NCBI RefSeq assembly: GCF_009914755.1
Contig: NC_060933.1
Source: the human T2T-CHM13v2.0 reference genome, Homo sapiens
Reading direction: 5' to 3' (one strand)
DNA: 64,000 bases
The notes under the pieces were generated by a model. The model did not search any database. It had not been told where the DNA came from and saw only the letters and a program-made list of their open reading frames with translations. The position numbers and the translations under genes were made by a program. Each line of letters begins with the position of its first letter. The stretch's first letter is position 1. This document shows, one piece after another, positions 18,280 to 35,389 of the stretch.

Positions 18280-19336
18280 AGCATGGTGGTCCCCTTCAGC
18301 TGAAAAACCAGAAATCAGAGTTCAAGGCTGCTAAAGTATCTGGACCTTCTAGGGATAAACACTAGAGATAAGAGAAATACAGAGGCAGGCTTTATATGTC
18401 TGTGAGTGCTTGGGCTAACGTGGATGCTGTATATTTGCAAAGACTGACTCAGCGAAGCCTAAAAAAAAGTTCCTATGGGATTGAGAAAATAGTAGGAATA
18501 CTAGAGGTCACACTGTGCTGGATGATAGCAGAATTCTCACACAAGAGTATAAAGATACAATAACCACTTGTTTTAGGGAGAAGGGCCATGATCTCAATAA
18601 AATCTACTCTGGATCCACCTTAATAAAACCTAAACCTCAGTATAGTAAGATAGAGCTACCAGTATATTAACTGATTTCCAGAACATTATTTAGCAATCTT
18701 TGAAAGATGTGAGAGCCCACAATTCATACTCTTTACAAGCATCATCTACAACATCCAGTAAACAATCAAAACTTATGAGACATGAAGAAAATGTAAAAAT
18801 GTAACCCCCATAATCAAGAAAAAAAGCATGTAATAGACACAAATCTTGAGGTGAACCAAAAGTTGGAAAGACATTTAAAAACAGTTGTTATATTTATATT
18901 CAAGGGCATAAAAGAAAAGATGAACATAACAAGGCAACAGATAGAAAATCTCAGTATAAAAATGTAAATTATTCAAAATCGAAATTATAGACGTGAAAAG
19001 AACCATATTCGAAATATAATTATTGATGTGCTAAACAGCTATTGGAGATAAGAGATTCAGCTTAACTAAAGAGAGCATCATAGAAATTGTTCAATCAGAC
19101 AATATGATGAAAGAAAAACTATAGAGCATTAGTAACTTGTGGGACACTTAAAAATCACACAATGTGTGTTTAATTGGAGCTCCAGAGAGAGAAGAGAAAC
19201 AATAATGGGGAAAAGGTTTTGAAGAAATAATTGTTAAAATTTCCAACGTTTGGTGAAGAGGCATTAACTTATGATCTAAAAAGTTCTTCCAACTCTAATC
19301 GGGTTAAATACAAAGAAAACCACACCTAGCACATTG
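18280..19336 (+). mobile_element. Old L1M 5'UTR/ORF1 fragment
   Basis: A-rich ORF1-like sequence (taattggagctccagagagagaagaga...gaagaaataattgttaaaatttcc...aaagaaaaccacacctagcacatt), cut by the LTR at 19337. Confidence 0.7.
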
Positions 19337-20219
<883 letters not shown>

Positions 20220-23200
20220 GTCCAATCTCCTGCTCTTTGGTCTATGCTCTCTTACAGTCAAACGATCCAATTTTTTGGAGCATTTATATTTAGCAATACA
20301 TTTATTTTTAATAAGAGACAGCAATAATATTAGCATGAATATGTGTATTGTTGGAGGAGCCAGTGTAGGTAGAAATTGACATAAAACCACAAATAATTTA
20401 TCCTGTAAGGCCATTTCATACATGTTCTAATTTTTGTACTCATTTGGATATCTGCTTCCCCTTAATCTACTATTATTTGTGTCTTGTGATAAACCTGTAA
20501 ATAAAAACTCATAGAAAAAAGCTGACAGCTGAATTCAATTCTTCCTCAGACCACTCAGTTTCCATTAGTATTACATCCTATGGAGGCTTTAATTGGATTT
20601 CTCAATACATTTGATGGTCATTATAATCACTATTATAATCAGTATATAATCATCATCATTTGATCAGTATTATAATATTATTTATATAAGATAGTTTAAT
20701 CTTACCAGCAATACCAATGTTACACCACATTGAGGTATATTTATGATACAGTTCAGTTGCATCTCAGAACAAACCAGCAAGAATTATAGAGGTGTTTGCT
20801 GTGCCTTCCCAACAGAATTGGCCCTTGCCTATATACAATATATCATATTACAAGCTTCATTACAATTGGCCATGATTCAGTAATCTCTGTGTTCCAAGTC
20901 AGTTGTGGCCAAAGCAATTTATTCTGTCTTAGATCACAAGTTTGTATTAAACTGTTTATCGCGTACTATAGTATAGCAAGGACCCCTTTTCTTCTATAGG
21001 AAAGACAAGGGTGGCAATCAGAATATTTCCCATCTCTGCTAATTGTACTGCAGGATATGTCGTCCCATTCTGATCTATTCTTGCAATCAAGGAAGTCATA
21101 GTTATCAAAGTAAATTATGCATATCCTGGAGAACTTTTATAAATTTGAAGGTCCATAAGAGTCCATAACTGTGCCTTTTGAGTCTCAGAAGCTATGATGG
21201 AGGGACATTGACCTATGGCCACTTCAGCCTCTATGTGTATTAAAATAGTCAAGAGGCCCTGTTGGGTCAGGGTACAAGTGCTTTCCAAGTACTTAGTCCT
21301 GTTATTCATCATTATTTGTTGAGTCTGCCTGACCCACTTCACTAAAAATCTCATCTTTTCAGGCTGACTCCTATCCCTTGTTTTCTTCCTGGAAGATAAT
21401 TTTCTCTATCTGCTGATTCTAGTTTATGAGCGTTTTTCCTTTAAAAGGCAATTCCTCATTACAAGTGAATTCAGCTTTTCTTACCTTGCCTAGACTATCA
21501 TCTATCTGCCTAAAGTCTTTTGCTTTTTTGTGGGTCAATGTTGTTTAATCCACCATGCATGTTGTTGGTACTGTGTTCTATTGGCTTAATTGAAGTTAGG
21601 ATGCATGTTGTATACCCCAAAATATTTAATTCTTTATGATACAGTTAGATAAGTGGCAGTCACACTTACATGTAATTTCATCTGAATATGCAATAAGTCT
21701 CCCATAAACCTCCTTGTCTCAATATAGGGCTGCTTCCCAGGGGAATTAGGACTCAAAACATAAAGCCTACTACTTTATTCTCATCGTAAATCCATTGTCT
21801 TTTTCCATTCTGTTTAATAGTTTTCCTTCCACAAAAACAAGGATGATATGTCTTTGTACACAGCACACTGTAGCATATTGGGCATGTAGATGCTGTATTT
21901 TGTCCATTATAACCATGGCCCTTCCTAAGCATTTGGTCGTCAACGTTTATAGTTGCATAGCGTTCAGTCTGCTGGAAGTTGTATATCACATCATTTGATG
22001 ATCTGGCAGGGAGTAATTTCTGATAATTTCTTCCTAAATAAAGTCCTTTGTAACTGGAAAAATAAAAGTCAAGACACTGGCAAATTATTAGAATTCCACT
22101 CAGCCACCAATAACTGGCCCATTTGATCATTATTGTATCATTTGACCAAAAGTCTCCCAGAGCAATGCCATTCAAGTTTGCAGGCTTTCAGTCCATCTCG
22201 TCAAGGTCCAAAAGCAGGGCTGGTCTTGACAACTACAGGAATTCAGCATTTTAAGTGTCTGGTATAATTGTGCTAAGAGACATTCTTTTGCCCCGAGCCT
22301 CTCACAAGGTATCAATATAACATTGAATTTCCCTCAAGCATAATCCATTTATTCATTCCTCTGCCCTGAGCCACTATTTCTCCTTCTCTCAATTTGTCAT
22401 GAACTTGAACCCAAACATTTTCGCAGTCAGAAGGAACGTGAGGTTTAGCCACTTTGCTGGTCCAGTTTGCTGGAAGCAAAATCAGTCTAGCAAGTGTCTC
22501 CTCTCCATCCATTGCCATTCATTTAGAGTAGAATTACACAGGTTCAGAATAGTGGGCTGTCTTGATCACTAGGCAATAAAGCTGCATTCACTGTCATTCC
22601 AGTTTTGCAAGATGGGGTGAAGAGACAATTCATTCCATCAAATCCTTAGGAATTTTACCAAAAATGTTTAAAGATATATAGTTTCTTGCTTAGAGGTTAT
22701 GCCTGTGTGTGACATTCACAGCTGAGGCCCTGGTCTTGTAACCACTGTACCAGGTAGGAAAAAAGAAAGTTGAAGGGATGTGGGGAGAATTGTATTGTCA
22801 TACCAGCACCATCTTCTACCTGCTATTCCTCACATTCCCTACAAAAGTAAAAATAAAATAAAATAAAATAAAATAAAATAAAATAAAATAAAATAAAATA
22901 AAATAAAATAAAATAAAATAAAATAAAATAAAATCTATGTAGTGTGGATGTTTTCTTGGCTCCCTCATGTTGAGTGTGAGTACATACTTGCTAAGTTTTG
23001 TACGCCAGCCCTTCGTGCTTTTATCTCCTTCCATATTAGGCCAAAAAAAGTTTCAACAGCCTTCCCAATTCTCTATCAAATCACTACTCTGGGGATAACA
23101 CCTAATATGATATTTCATTTGATATCTCTTTTTCCATAAGTGTCCATTGCAGGCTATAAAGTATATCTCTTGAAGTAATACATCTTAGCAATTCACCTTG

Positions 23201-23730
23201 CTACAGTATCTTCTGTCCCAGTTATTACATGGTGTTTTGAGTATTTGCATCTACCACCCAGTCCAGAGTAAGTCTCTGTCCTTTTAGGAGCCACTTATAT
23301 CCTCCTGTATTTACTGGTACTAGTTAGATGTAACCTAGTTGCCTGCTATGTGCAGGAACTTCCTCCAAAAAAATCTGCCCCATGGCCATCTATAGTCTCT
23401 GTCTCTCTTCTTAGCAGATAAGACAGCTCACCATGTTGGCATTTTGTGCTTCAGGCAGGGCAAGAAGAATATGTCAGTGATCAGCCCTCTCTGCATTTCT
23501 GCAGCTCTCCAATGTTCGTTCATTCTATGGACTAAGGTAGCCACCTCAAGCAAGTGCACCAGGATGTCTACTTGCAGATTCTAGTCATCTTCCAATCCTG
23601 GAAAGGAGCTCTTCTGACAGGCATTGACATGTCCTACTTTAATTCACCTCTTAAATTCCCATAGTGATTTCCATTGAGCCATGCTCCCTATGGCATCTAT
23701 TTAATTGTCCACTTTTCTCCATGTTTCAGT
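20220..23730 (-). mobile_element. Class III ERV internal region: decayed RNase H, integrase and dUTPase-like region, then an env-positioned 3' region; 5' half and 5' LTR not seen
   Basis: My minus-strand translation gives RNase H end WKSLWEF..IKVGHVNACQK..NLQVD, IN zinc finger VHRMNEH...SCLIC and IN core GYI*LVP..GGYKWLL..ETYSGLG. ORF 22312-22518 (VWVQ..EGEIVAQGRGMNKWI) resembles the HERV-L pol C-terminus. Confidence 0.78.
22849..22934. repeat. (TAAAA)n microsatellite, about 17 units
   Basis: Perfect pentamer array. Confidence 0.97.
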
Positions 23731-25700
23731 AAGTCAGGGACATTCTAGTAGAGGTTCCAAGGATCCGATATGGAATAAATTGAAATATAGGCAATTATAA
23801 TGAAAAGCTATAAATAGTTTAACAACATTCTTAAAGTAAAACTTTCAATACTAGATTGAGCAGTAACCTGTAGATAAACCTTCAGGCAAACAAGGCACCC
23901 TGACACTGGGCATATCTCTTCATATTGAGTGTTTAGCTGAGTGCATGGCAAACTCAATGTCTGATAACTTGTACAAGCTGTAACTCACCAACATATTGTT
24001 TTCACGCTGATGTCAGAGTCTTAAATTAATGACCATTGAAACTCAAGCCAACAAAATGCTGTTCTAACCTCAATCATCTGGAACACAACAAATCTATAGT
24101 AAGAAGAAGTCATGTCTTATCATAATACACATATTCTAAAGACAAAAGATTTTTAAACTTTGAGAGAATGCTTCATACTTTTTTTCTAAGAAGGAGGCTT
24201 ACTCATTTTATACAAACTTGTAACCTGGTCCATGACAGAGTAAATGCAATAAATTAAAAGGAGGAATGGCACCATTAGTAGCTGATGCTTACTGGAGAAA
24301 TATAGCAGGTTAGAACCTGAGTAAAGAATAAATCGAAAAATAATTCTAAGAAATAAAACTTTAAGAATTTTAAAAAACAAAAATATAGAACAATTTATTG
24401 AGTAGTAAAACACTTTGCACTTAAAGAAAATGACAAAATATGAAAAGGGTAACATTTGCAGTTTAATATCTCAATTCAAGAAATTAATATAATCAATATC
24501 GTTAGAAAATAAGCAATTTATGGCAGCTAAGTTTTGGTATTTAAATGAATAAGTTTTAGTAACTTAGAGGGTGTACTTGTGTGCATTCCACCACAGCCAG
24601 ACGATCCTGTGCTACTTTATATATATGTCTATTTAATTCACACACAACACGTGTGCATTCACACACTGCACAAACACACTCTGAAAAATTCATTGACTAT
24701 CAAGCCATGATAAGAATATGTATGCTCAAGTTATAAATATCATTTATTTTCTGGATCATCAAAAATATTTTTTTCTCTTTCAGAAACCTATGTCAAACAT
24801 GATCTTTGCATCTTATATCCTGGAAAAGATGGCAGATATCTTAGAATTAAAGAAAAACAAGACATTGAATTTTTAAAGAATTGATAAATTTTAATACTAA
24901 GAAATATAGTGAGTATTTTAGTCTACGTAGCAGAGGAAAAACATAACAGGCAACTCCAAACATTAGAGAATTATTAATAATTAATAGCCCATCAATCTGT
25001 TAACAGCTCTTTGCCATAACATATGAGGGTACACACAGTAGTTTATTATTGAAAGATCACCAACTGCGTATAACTAGGCTGTCAAGAATCATCACAACAA
25101 GAATTCTTTAATCATCTTCCAGAAAGGAGTCAACTCCCTGGAATTATAACTATTGCATAAACAGCTTGTTTGCCTGAAAATACCAGTTTCACACAAATTT
25201 CTACTGAATGACTATTGCTTTCCAGTTCCAGAGCTGGCTGCAGAGGCTAGATTGAGATATTCCAAGTGCCAAATGCCCTGTTTCTGTTTGATAGATTTTT
25301 TTTTCTCCTCAGGAACATAAAAATAAATAAATAACAATTATTAACAAAAAATTTGGCCAGACTAAAGCTCATCAAGTTATCAGTGACATGACTAATGGAA
25401 TAATCATATCATAACTGCAAATAAAAGTTGGCGATGTTTTTCGTCCAGAGTATTCATTACTATGCATTTGTTAAGGTACCCATCCAAAGTCTCTAATGGC
25501 ATGAAATCAGTGAGACAGAATGTTACTGTGGGAGGTCAAATTTATTTCATCCAAGCAGCTCATGTTGCAAATGAGGAAACAGAGGCACACAAATTAGCCA
25601 AACCAGTGTGAGGATAAAGACACCCTCTCCTTCAGATCCAGGGTTCTTTCTGCCCACAATAGTCTATTACTTTGAGAGCAGAATCAATATGCATTAAAAA

Positions 25701-25988
25701 TCTGGTGTCTCAAAATCAATGCCTTAAAGGAGCCTGATGAGTAGCACAAATAAGTGCAGTGGACCATACAAGCTCAGTGCTAAATAGACTTAGGGATCCC
25801 TAGGGAGTAATAGTGACAGCATTAAAAAAGAGCACATCATGGGTAAGAGGCAGTCATGACTTAGCTTCATCCAATTGTTGCCAGAAGGAAATGAGAGCCC
25901 ACCAGATCTCCCAAATTTTTAACAGTTTGAAAATATAAATTTCTTAGTAAAATCTCCGGATTTTTAAACATTGGCAATTTTGTTTAAT
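25701..25988. mobile_element. MER102-like hAT-Charlie element (remainder at about 28430-28500 beyond the L1 insertion)
   Basis: caaaatcaatgcctt...ccaattgttgcc...ccagatctcccaaatttt...aaaatctccggatttttaaacattggcaa. Confidence 0.6.
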
Positions 25989-25994
25989 GTAGAA

Positions 25995-28418
<2,424 letters not shown>

Positions 28419-29515
28419 ATTTTGAAAAGAAATGCAAACCTTGCTGTTTAAAGATATTTGTAACCCAAAGTCAGCCAGAGAGCTAGGAATTTATCTCTGA
28501 TTTAAACAATTCCCTGCTTGTAATTGGACTCCTGCTGTTCTCTTTTCCTCCCTCTTAGTTCTACAGAACATTTCGTCTCTCACCTCTCCACTCATTTCAC
28601 AAAGTTCTCCTGTTCACGTGAGAGAATGTGGCTTATTCACATAATGAAAAGTGTTATAATTTCAACCCTCCTTTGTGTAACAATAAACAGATTCAATGCC
28701 AGCTTCTCAGGAAGGTGAGAGTTTACATGTAGGCCCCCAAAGTATCCCCCTTGAAGGCTGGCAATATAGAAAAAACATGTCTCAGTCCATCTGTGAACCA
28801 CAAAATAATGCACAAAATAGACTGTGCAGGGTAACTTGAAATACTTATTACCATACAGGCGAAATGTATAAAAAGCCAAAGAAAATCAAGCCACATCTCA
28901 GCCATGTTCTTTGGCGTTTCTTGGCCTCCATATCTATTTCCTGATAAGCAAAAATGTTAATGCAGAGACATATTTCCTGCACAGTACAAGTAAAATTTGA
29001 GCAAAGTAAAAGTTTCAGGTTCAATTCCTCCTCTTTCTTATGAAACCTCTGATGAACTTAGAGGTTAATTCCCTCTCAGATCTGGATTGAAAATAAAGTG
29101 GACATTGAACTTTGATGAATTTTTCAACCACTGCATTCTGGGGCCTCAACAAGCAAACACAGGACATTATTAATAGATTAATGGAAAACAGGAAAAGTTA
29201 TGAAGAAAAAAGAATAAAAACAAGTTTATAATGCTTTATAGTAATTTGACTGGATGCTCATTTCTGACTACAAGGTGAAAGTATTAGAGGGAAATATGTT
29301 CTTTGCCGTCTTGAAAGTATATGACGCTAAACTGAATGGCAACTCACAGACTAAGAAATACAAATAGTCAATAAAATAGAAAAAAATGGGGCAAGCTTGC
29401 TGTAGTAAGAGATATACAAAATAAAATAATGTACCATGTTTCACTTTTCAAATTTCTTTTTAAAAGTTATTTAATGATAATCAAAAATTCTGGCAAGAAT
29501 ACAGGGAAACAGGTA

Positions 29516-32222
29516 CAAGTTGAGCAGCCCTAATCCAAAAATCTGAAATTTAAAATGCTCCAAAATATGAAATATGTGGGTGCCAATCTGTTGCCACGTA
29601 TGGAAAATTCCACACTTTACCTCATGCGATGGTTCACAGTCAAAACACGGGCATATAACACACAGTTTATTCAGCGGCCTCAAAAGAAAAAATCCCAACT
29701 GGCCTCCTCCATTGTGATATCTTTTCCACACAAATCCAGATACCCTCACACAAACACACCCACAAATGGTAATAAATGGCACAGGTACAGGCTGAATATT
29801 AATAATGGCAGGCTCCCCGTGATGCCCCACATTGTGCCAAGACCTGCATGCATTACACTGTGGGTTTTTGGTAATTCTCTGCTCTGTGGTGTAAAGATAT
29901 TGTTGAAAATGTCAAAAAGGTCTGCAGATGCCCCTATGAGTAACTGATTTTTTAAAAAAGAAAGGATTTATGTTTATCTCTAGCACAGAAAGTCAAGTCA
30001 AGCTATTGGAGAAATTGGACAACAACGTAAGCCTGAAAAGTCTTACAGAAAGAAGATTATGGTGTTAGAATGACAACCATATATGACCTGAAGAAACAGA
30101 AGGATAAACTATCAAAATTCTATGCTGAAAGTGATGAAGAGAAGTTAAAAACATAGAAAAACACTGCAAAAATCTAAAAATGAAGATCTCAATTGTGTAT
30201 TAAAAGAGTGGATCTATAAGCATCACAGTGAATATGAAAGGGTATGCTGACACTTGATGGTATGCTGATCATGAAACAAGCAAAAATCTATCATGGTATG
30301 CTGATGATGAGACAAGCAGAGATCTATCATGATTAAATGAAAATTGAAAGAAACCGTGGATATTTGACAGACTAATCCCAGAATTTTAAGAAAAGACATG
30401 TCATTAATTTTGTAAAGATCTGTGGTGATAAAGACCTGCTGATCACAAACAGCAGAGAAATCCATTGATGAGTTTGCAACCGTCATTGCTGACGAAAATC
30501 TGATACCAAACATGTCTACAATGCTGTTTAAACATCGCTGTTTTGTCATTATTGCACCAGAAATACACTGGCTACAGCTGACAAGACAGCCCCTAGAGGA
30601 ATTAAGGATGCCAAAGGCAGAATAACTGTGTAGGGATGTGCTAAGGCAGCAGGCACACATAAGTGTCAACTTATTTATGACAGGCAAAAGCTTACATCCT
30701 CACTGTTTTCAAGGAGTGAATCTCTTACAAGTCCATTATTATGCTAACAAAAAGGTATGGGTCACCAGTAAATCTTTTCTGATCAGTTTCACAAACATTT
30801 CGTACCAGGGGCTCATAGTCACTGCAGGGAAGCTGGACTGGATGACAACTACAAGATTTTGTAACTACTTGACAACTGTTTTATTCATCCTCCAGCTGAA
30901 ATTCTCATCAAAAATATTTATGCCATATACTTTCCCCCAAATGTGTCTTCATTAATTCAGCCATGTGACTGTGATATTTTTAGGTCAATGAAGAGTAAAT
31001 ATAAAAACATATTTCTGAATAGCATGCTAGCAGCAGTGAACACAGGCATGGGTGTAGAAGGTTTTCAAAAGGAGTTTTTCATAAAGAATGCCACATATGC
31101 CATTGCCAGTGCTAGGAACACAGTGACAAAAGACACAGTTGTGCATGCCTGGCCTCTGACTATACTCCATGATGATGATTATGAACAAGGTGGTGACTTT
31201 GAAGGATTCCATGTCAGGCACGAAAAAAATTATGTCTGGCCTACTTACATAAACAAAACAATATACCTTCAGAGTCCATCAGTAAGCTGTAAGTAGATAT
31301 CAAAGTTTTTAACATCAATAATGAAGGCTCTAGTGATTTATTTATTACCAATAATAAAATTGTTGAAACGTTTCTGAATGAAGTGATAATAGTGACAATG
31401 AAGATGTTAACACTGCAGGAAAAGCACCCATAGACAACAGGGTGAAAATGTGTCATGGGCTTATTGAAAGACTTGACCAGCATGCCTTCATAACAGAACA
31501 AGAGATCACGTCAGTTTGTAAAATCAAAGAGAGACTTCTAAGAGAAGAACTGTCGTTAATGAGGCAGAAGACTCTGAAGTAAAGATTTTTTAAAACCATC
31601 CAGCAGAGTGCCCCCTCAAACCTAAAAGACCCACCTCCTGAACCCTCAACTACTTCTGATGCCTCTTCTCACCTAAAAAATTAAAATATAGTATACAATA
31701 ACCTTTTAATCAATACACAACATCATAGGTGTAGACTGAAAGTCTGCCATTGTTTGCTGTTGCTGTTGTTTAACAGCTGATAGGTATTCCATGACACTAC
31801 TGTTGATTCTTAGTGAATCTGAACTCACTGTATTTTCACTGTACTAATGGCATGTCATTTTTTTACCATTAAGTATTTGTATGTGGATAGTGTAAGGAAA
31901 TGATTGCTTATCAGTAGAATATAAATTTGGAGTCAGGAATGATGGCGATATCAAACAATCACAAATTGTCCATATGGATCTTACAGTTCAGTGTATACAA
32001 ATTTTATTTCATGCACAAAATTATTTAAAATATTATATAAAATTACACCGAAGGTATGTGTATAAGGTATATATGAAACACAAATGAATTTTGTGTTTAG
32101 ACTTGGGTCCCATTCCTAAGATGGCCCATCATGTATAGCAAATATTCAAAACCCCCTCAAAATTCAAAAACCAAAACACTTCTTCTGGTTCCAAGCATAT
32201 TGGATAAGGGATCCTGTGTCTG
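29516..32222 (+). mobile_element. Near full-length Tigger4 (Zombi) pogo-like DNA transposon
   Basis: TIRs caagttgagcagccctaatcc / ggataagggatcctgtgtctg with TA on both sides; length about 2.7 kb; internal transposase remnants. Confidence 0.88.
29909..31582 (+). pseudogene. Disrupted pogo/Tigger (CENP-B/Jerky-like) DDE transposase
   Basis: Motifs VYNA (about 30514), YYANKKVWVT, LDNC..H (about 30868) and SLIQPCD, with many stops and frameshifts. Confidence 0.85.
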
Positions 32223-32806
32223 TATTCTCACACGCTCCTAGTAAAGAGAGCAATTTACATGCCTGTGAGTAAAAGTTATTTGGTAGTAGACACAAAAAGG
32301 CTTAGAAATGCTCTAATCTTTGATATAGAAGATCTACTTCTAAAAATTTAACCTAAAGGGATTAATCTGAGATATGGCCAAAGAATTGGTTTAAATTGAA
32401 GAAAATAAAATGCAGCATACAGGGATTTAAAGAACAAAATACAGATAAACTTCAATACGATTAGAGCTATGAAAAAAATCAAATGCATCAAAACCTTTCA
32501 GCTGTGCATAGGAAAAATTAGAATATGCCTTATGTCCCTACTGGATTTCAGAGAGGTTAGCACAGTCTGATATATTATTTTCTTCAATGATAGTTCTGAA
32601 ATAAAGGAAGGTTAATGGATTTATTGAATCATCTGTTAGAGTGGCTGCTACTTGGTCATCCAAACACTTCTGAGGTTTGTACATCAGAAATGTATTTATT
32701 TTTATCTTGGTTGTAGAATGGCAGCATTGTTTGGGAAGAAATTTTACATAAATTAAAATTAAATGAAAATATAGCATTACTAATTCTTATATTTATAGTC
32801 ATTTGG

Positions 32807-32816
32807 ATAGATAGAT

Positions 32817-32865
<49 letters not shown>

Positions 32866-32887
32866 CAGACAGGCAGATAGATGATAG
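32807..32887. repeat. (GATA)n compound microsatellite followed by (CA)n
   Basis: About 11 perfect GATA units plus degenerate flanks. Confidence 0.97.
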
Positions 32888-32965
32888 ACACACACACACG
32901 TATCTCCATCAATTGGTTAGGTTATCACAAAATGACACTTTGGGGAAACAAATTTGCTTCAGCTT

Positions 32966-33361
32966 GGTCATAGGCTGAATTGTATCCTTTCAAAATTCAT
33001 ATGTTGAAGCCCTAACCCTCAGTACTTCAGAATGTGACTCTATTTGGAGACAGGTCCTTTAAAGAGGTAATTAAGTTAAAATGGGGCAAGTAGGGTGGGC
33101 TGTAATCAAACCTGACTGATGTCCTCATAAGAAGAGGAGATTGGAAGACACAGACATGGGCGAGTGCACAGAGGAAAGACCTTCTGAGGACACAACAAGA
33201 AGGTGGCCATCTGTAAGCCAGGAAGCATCCTCAGAGCAAGCCAGCTCTGCCAGAAACTTGATATCAAATTTCCATTCTCCAGAACTATGAGAAAATAAAT
33301 TTGCTGTTTAAGCTGCCTAGTCTGTAGTATTTTGTTATGGCCACCCTAGCAAACTAATGCA
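32966..33361 (+). mobile_element. MLT1B-like MaLR solo LTR
   Basis: ggctgaattgtatcctttcaaaattcatatgttgaagccctaacc...ccctagcaaactaatgca; 5-bp TSD agctt/agcat. Confidence 0.88.
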
Positions 33362-33892
33362 AGCATGAAGCAGACATATCCATCCATATTCCAGGAAAGT
33401 TTGAATCCTCTTTAAAAAATGTAAGTGTAACTTTCAAGGTTGCAAAGTTACAATGATTCTCAAGCTATGCATGGTGAAGGGCCACTTTTTAAAATTTCAA
33501 ATCTATTGTAGACCAATACTCTGAAAAATACAAAATCACATGTTTGGATGTTGCAGCAATGTCAAATTGCTCTGAAAGTTTATGAACACTCTCAAAGTCT
33601 GTACTTACCTTGTCATAGACAAGTAACAAGTAGTAAGTACATGGATCTACTGCTCCATGAGCCACTCTGGGTAAAACTGCCATAAATTTCATTTTGTCCA
33701 ACCCCTTCAATGTACAGCTAAGAAAACTAAGATCCTGAGAGTTCAACACTTACTCAATATCACAAAACTTGCTAAATTTTCCTACAGCAATCATGTTTCC
33801 ATTCAACCTTAAGTAAGTCACCAATATCCTCAATCTATTTCCTTTCCAGTTATGCTAATATCAGCCTGATTTCTCTCAATTTTTCTTCCTAG

Positions 33893-33913
33893 ATATATAT
33901 ATATATATATATC
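33893..33913. repeat. (AT)n microsatellite
   Basis: About 10 AT units. Confidence 0.9.
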
Positions 33914-34982
33914 TCCACTTCTGTCATCATTAATATTTAGGAAAACTGAGTCATTTAATTATCTGGTTTCAGAAATTCTATCTCTTCTCTCAATAAATTA
34001 CCTTTGCCACCTGTGAGAGACTCTTGCCTTCTGTACATTTTGCTTTCATGTACTTGAAACACATCGTATTATCAATCCTCTTGTACAATCTTCCCTTCAT
34101 TTTCCACCTTTGATTTGCCTGAGCTTTTATACACTCTCGAAATTTATTCTGTAATCTTTTTCAGCCACTTCTGTCCCAACTGTTTCATATCTTGCATATG
34201 CCTCTTGCTCACCCTTGATTACTCTCCGCTTTGCTCCTTCATTTCCATGGTCTCTGTGAAGCCTGTATCGTGTTTATCATTCTATAGTTCACATAGACCC
34301 TTGGCACATGTATCAATTTTCGTTCAAATGCTTGCCATTTCCCTCTGCATCCTTCACTTCCATCAACATGTCTTATTTGTTTCCAATCATCACAGCCCAT
34401 ATTCTCCAGAAGACTGATTTTGTAGGCAGTGTTTTCTTAAGTACTCTTCCTTAAAGATTTATAAAAATATTTTTAATGAGATTTATAACCCTAAAATTAT
34501 TTCCATGTCTTGATTATAAGTAATGATGGTACCTATCATGTTTTTCTCACTAGCTTTCCAGGAGACCAGTTGTGTGATGTTGGCTAGTAATTTAAATTCT
34601 ATAGGTCATTTTTTTATCTTTAATATAATTTTATAGGCCCAATCTGGCACTAACATTTTTAATTCTAAATATTTACTATGTCATTCACATCTATTTCCGA
34701 AAAAGATAGTTTAATTGATCGTAACTTTTGGAATGTTCTATTGCTTTTCCTGCCATCTAATCCCACCTATCTTTCGAGGTTGATATCAGATTGCATGCCT
34801 CCATTAAGTCATTCCTCATTATTCCAGCCAACATTCATTCCTCTATACTTTAATTCCTCAGAGTCATATCTTATATTGATTATTTAGCCCTTAAGTATCA
34901 ATTGTAGAATATGTCCAAGTTCATTGTCTCCTCAATAAATATGTACTCTTTGAAGAGAGTAGATATGAAATTTTAAATATAA

Positions 34983-35320
<338 letters not shown>

Positions 35321-35389
35321 AAAATTGCCTTTTTAGAAACAACTAAATATCAACTTTATGTTTCAATCAAATATATAAAATGTATTTAA

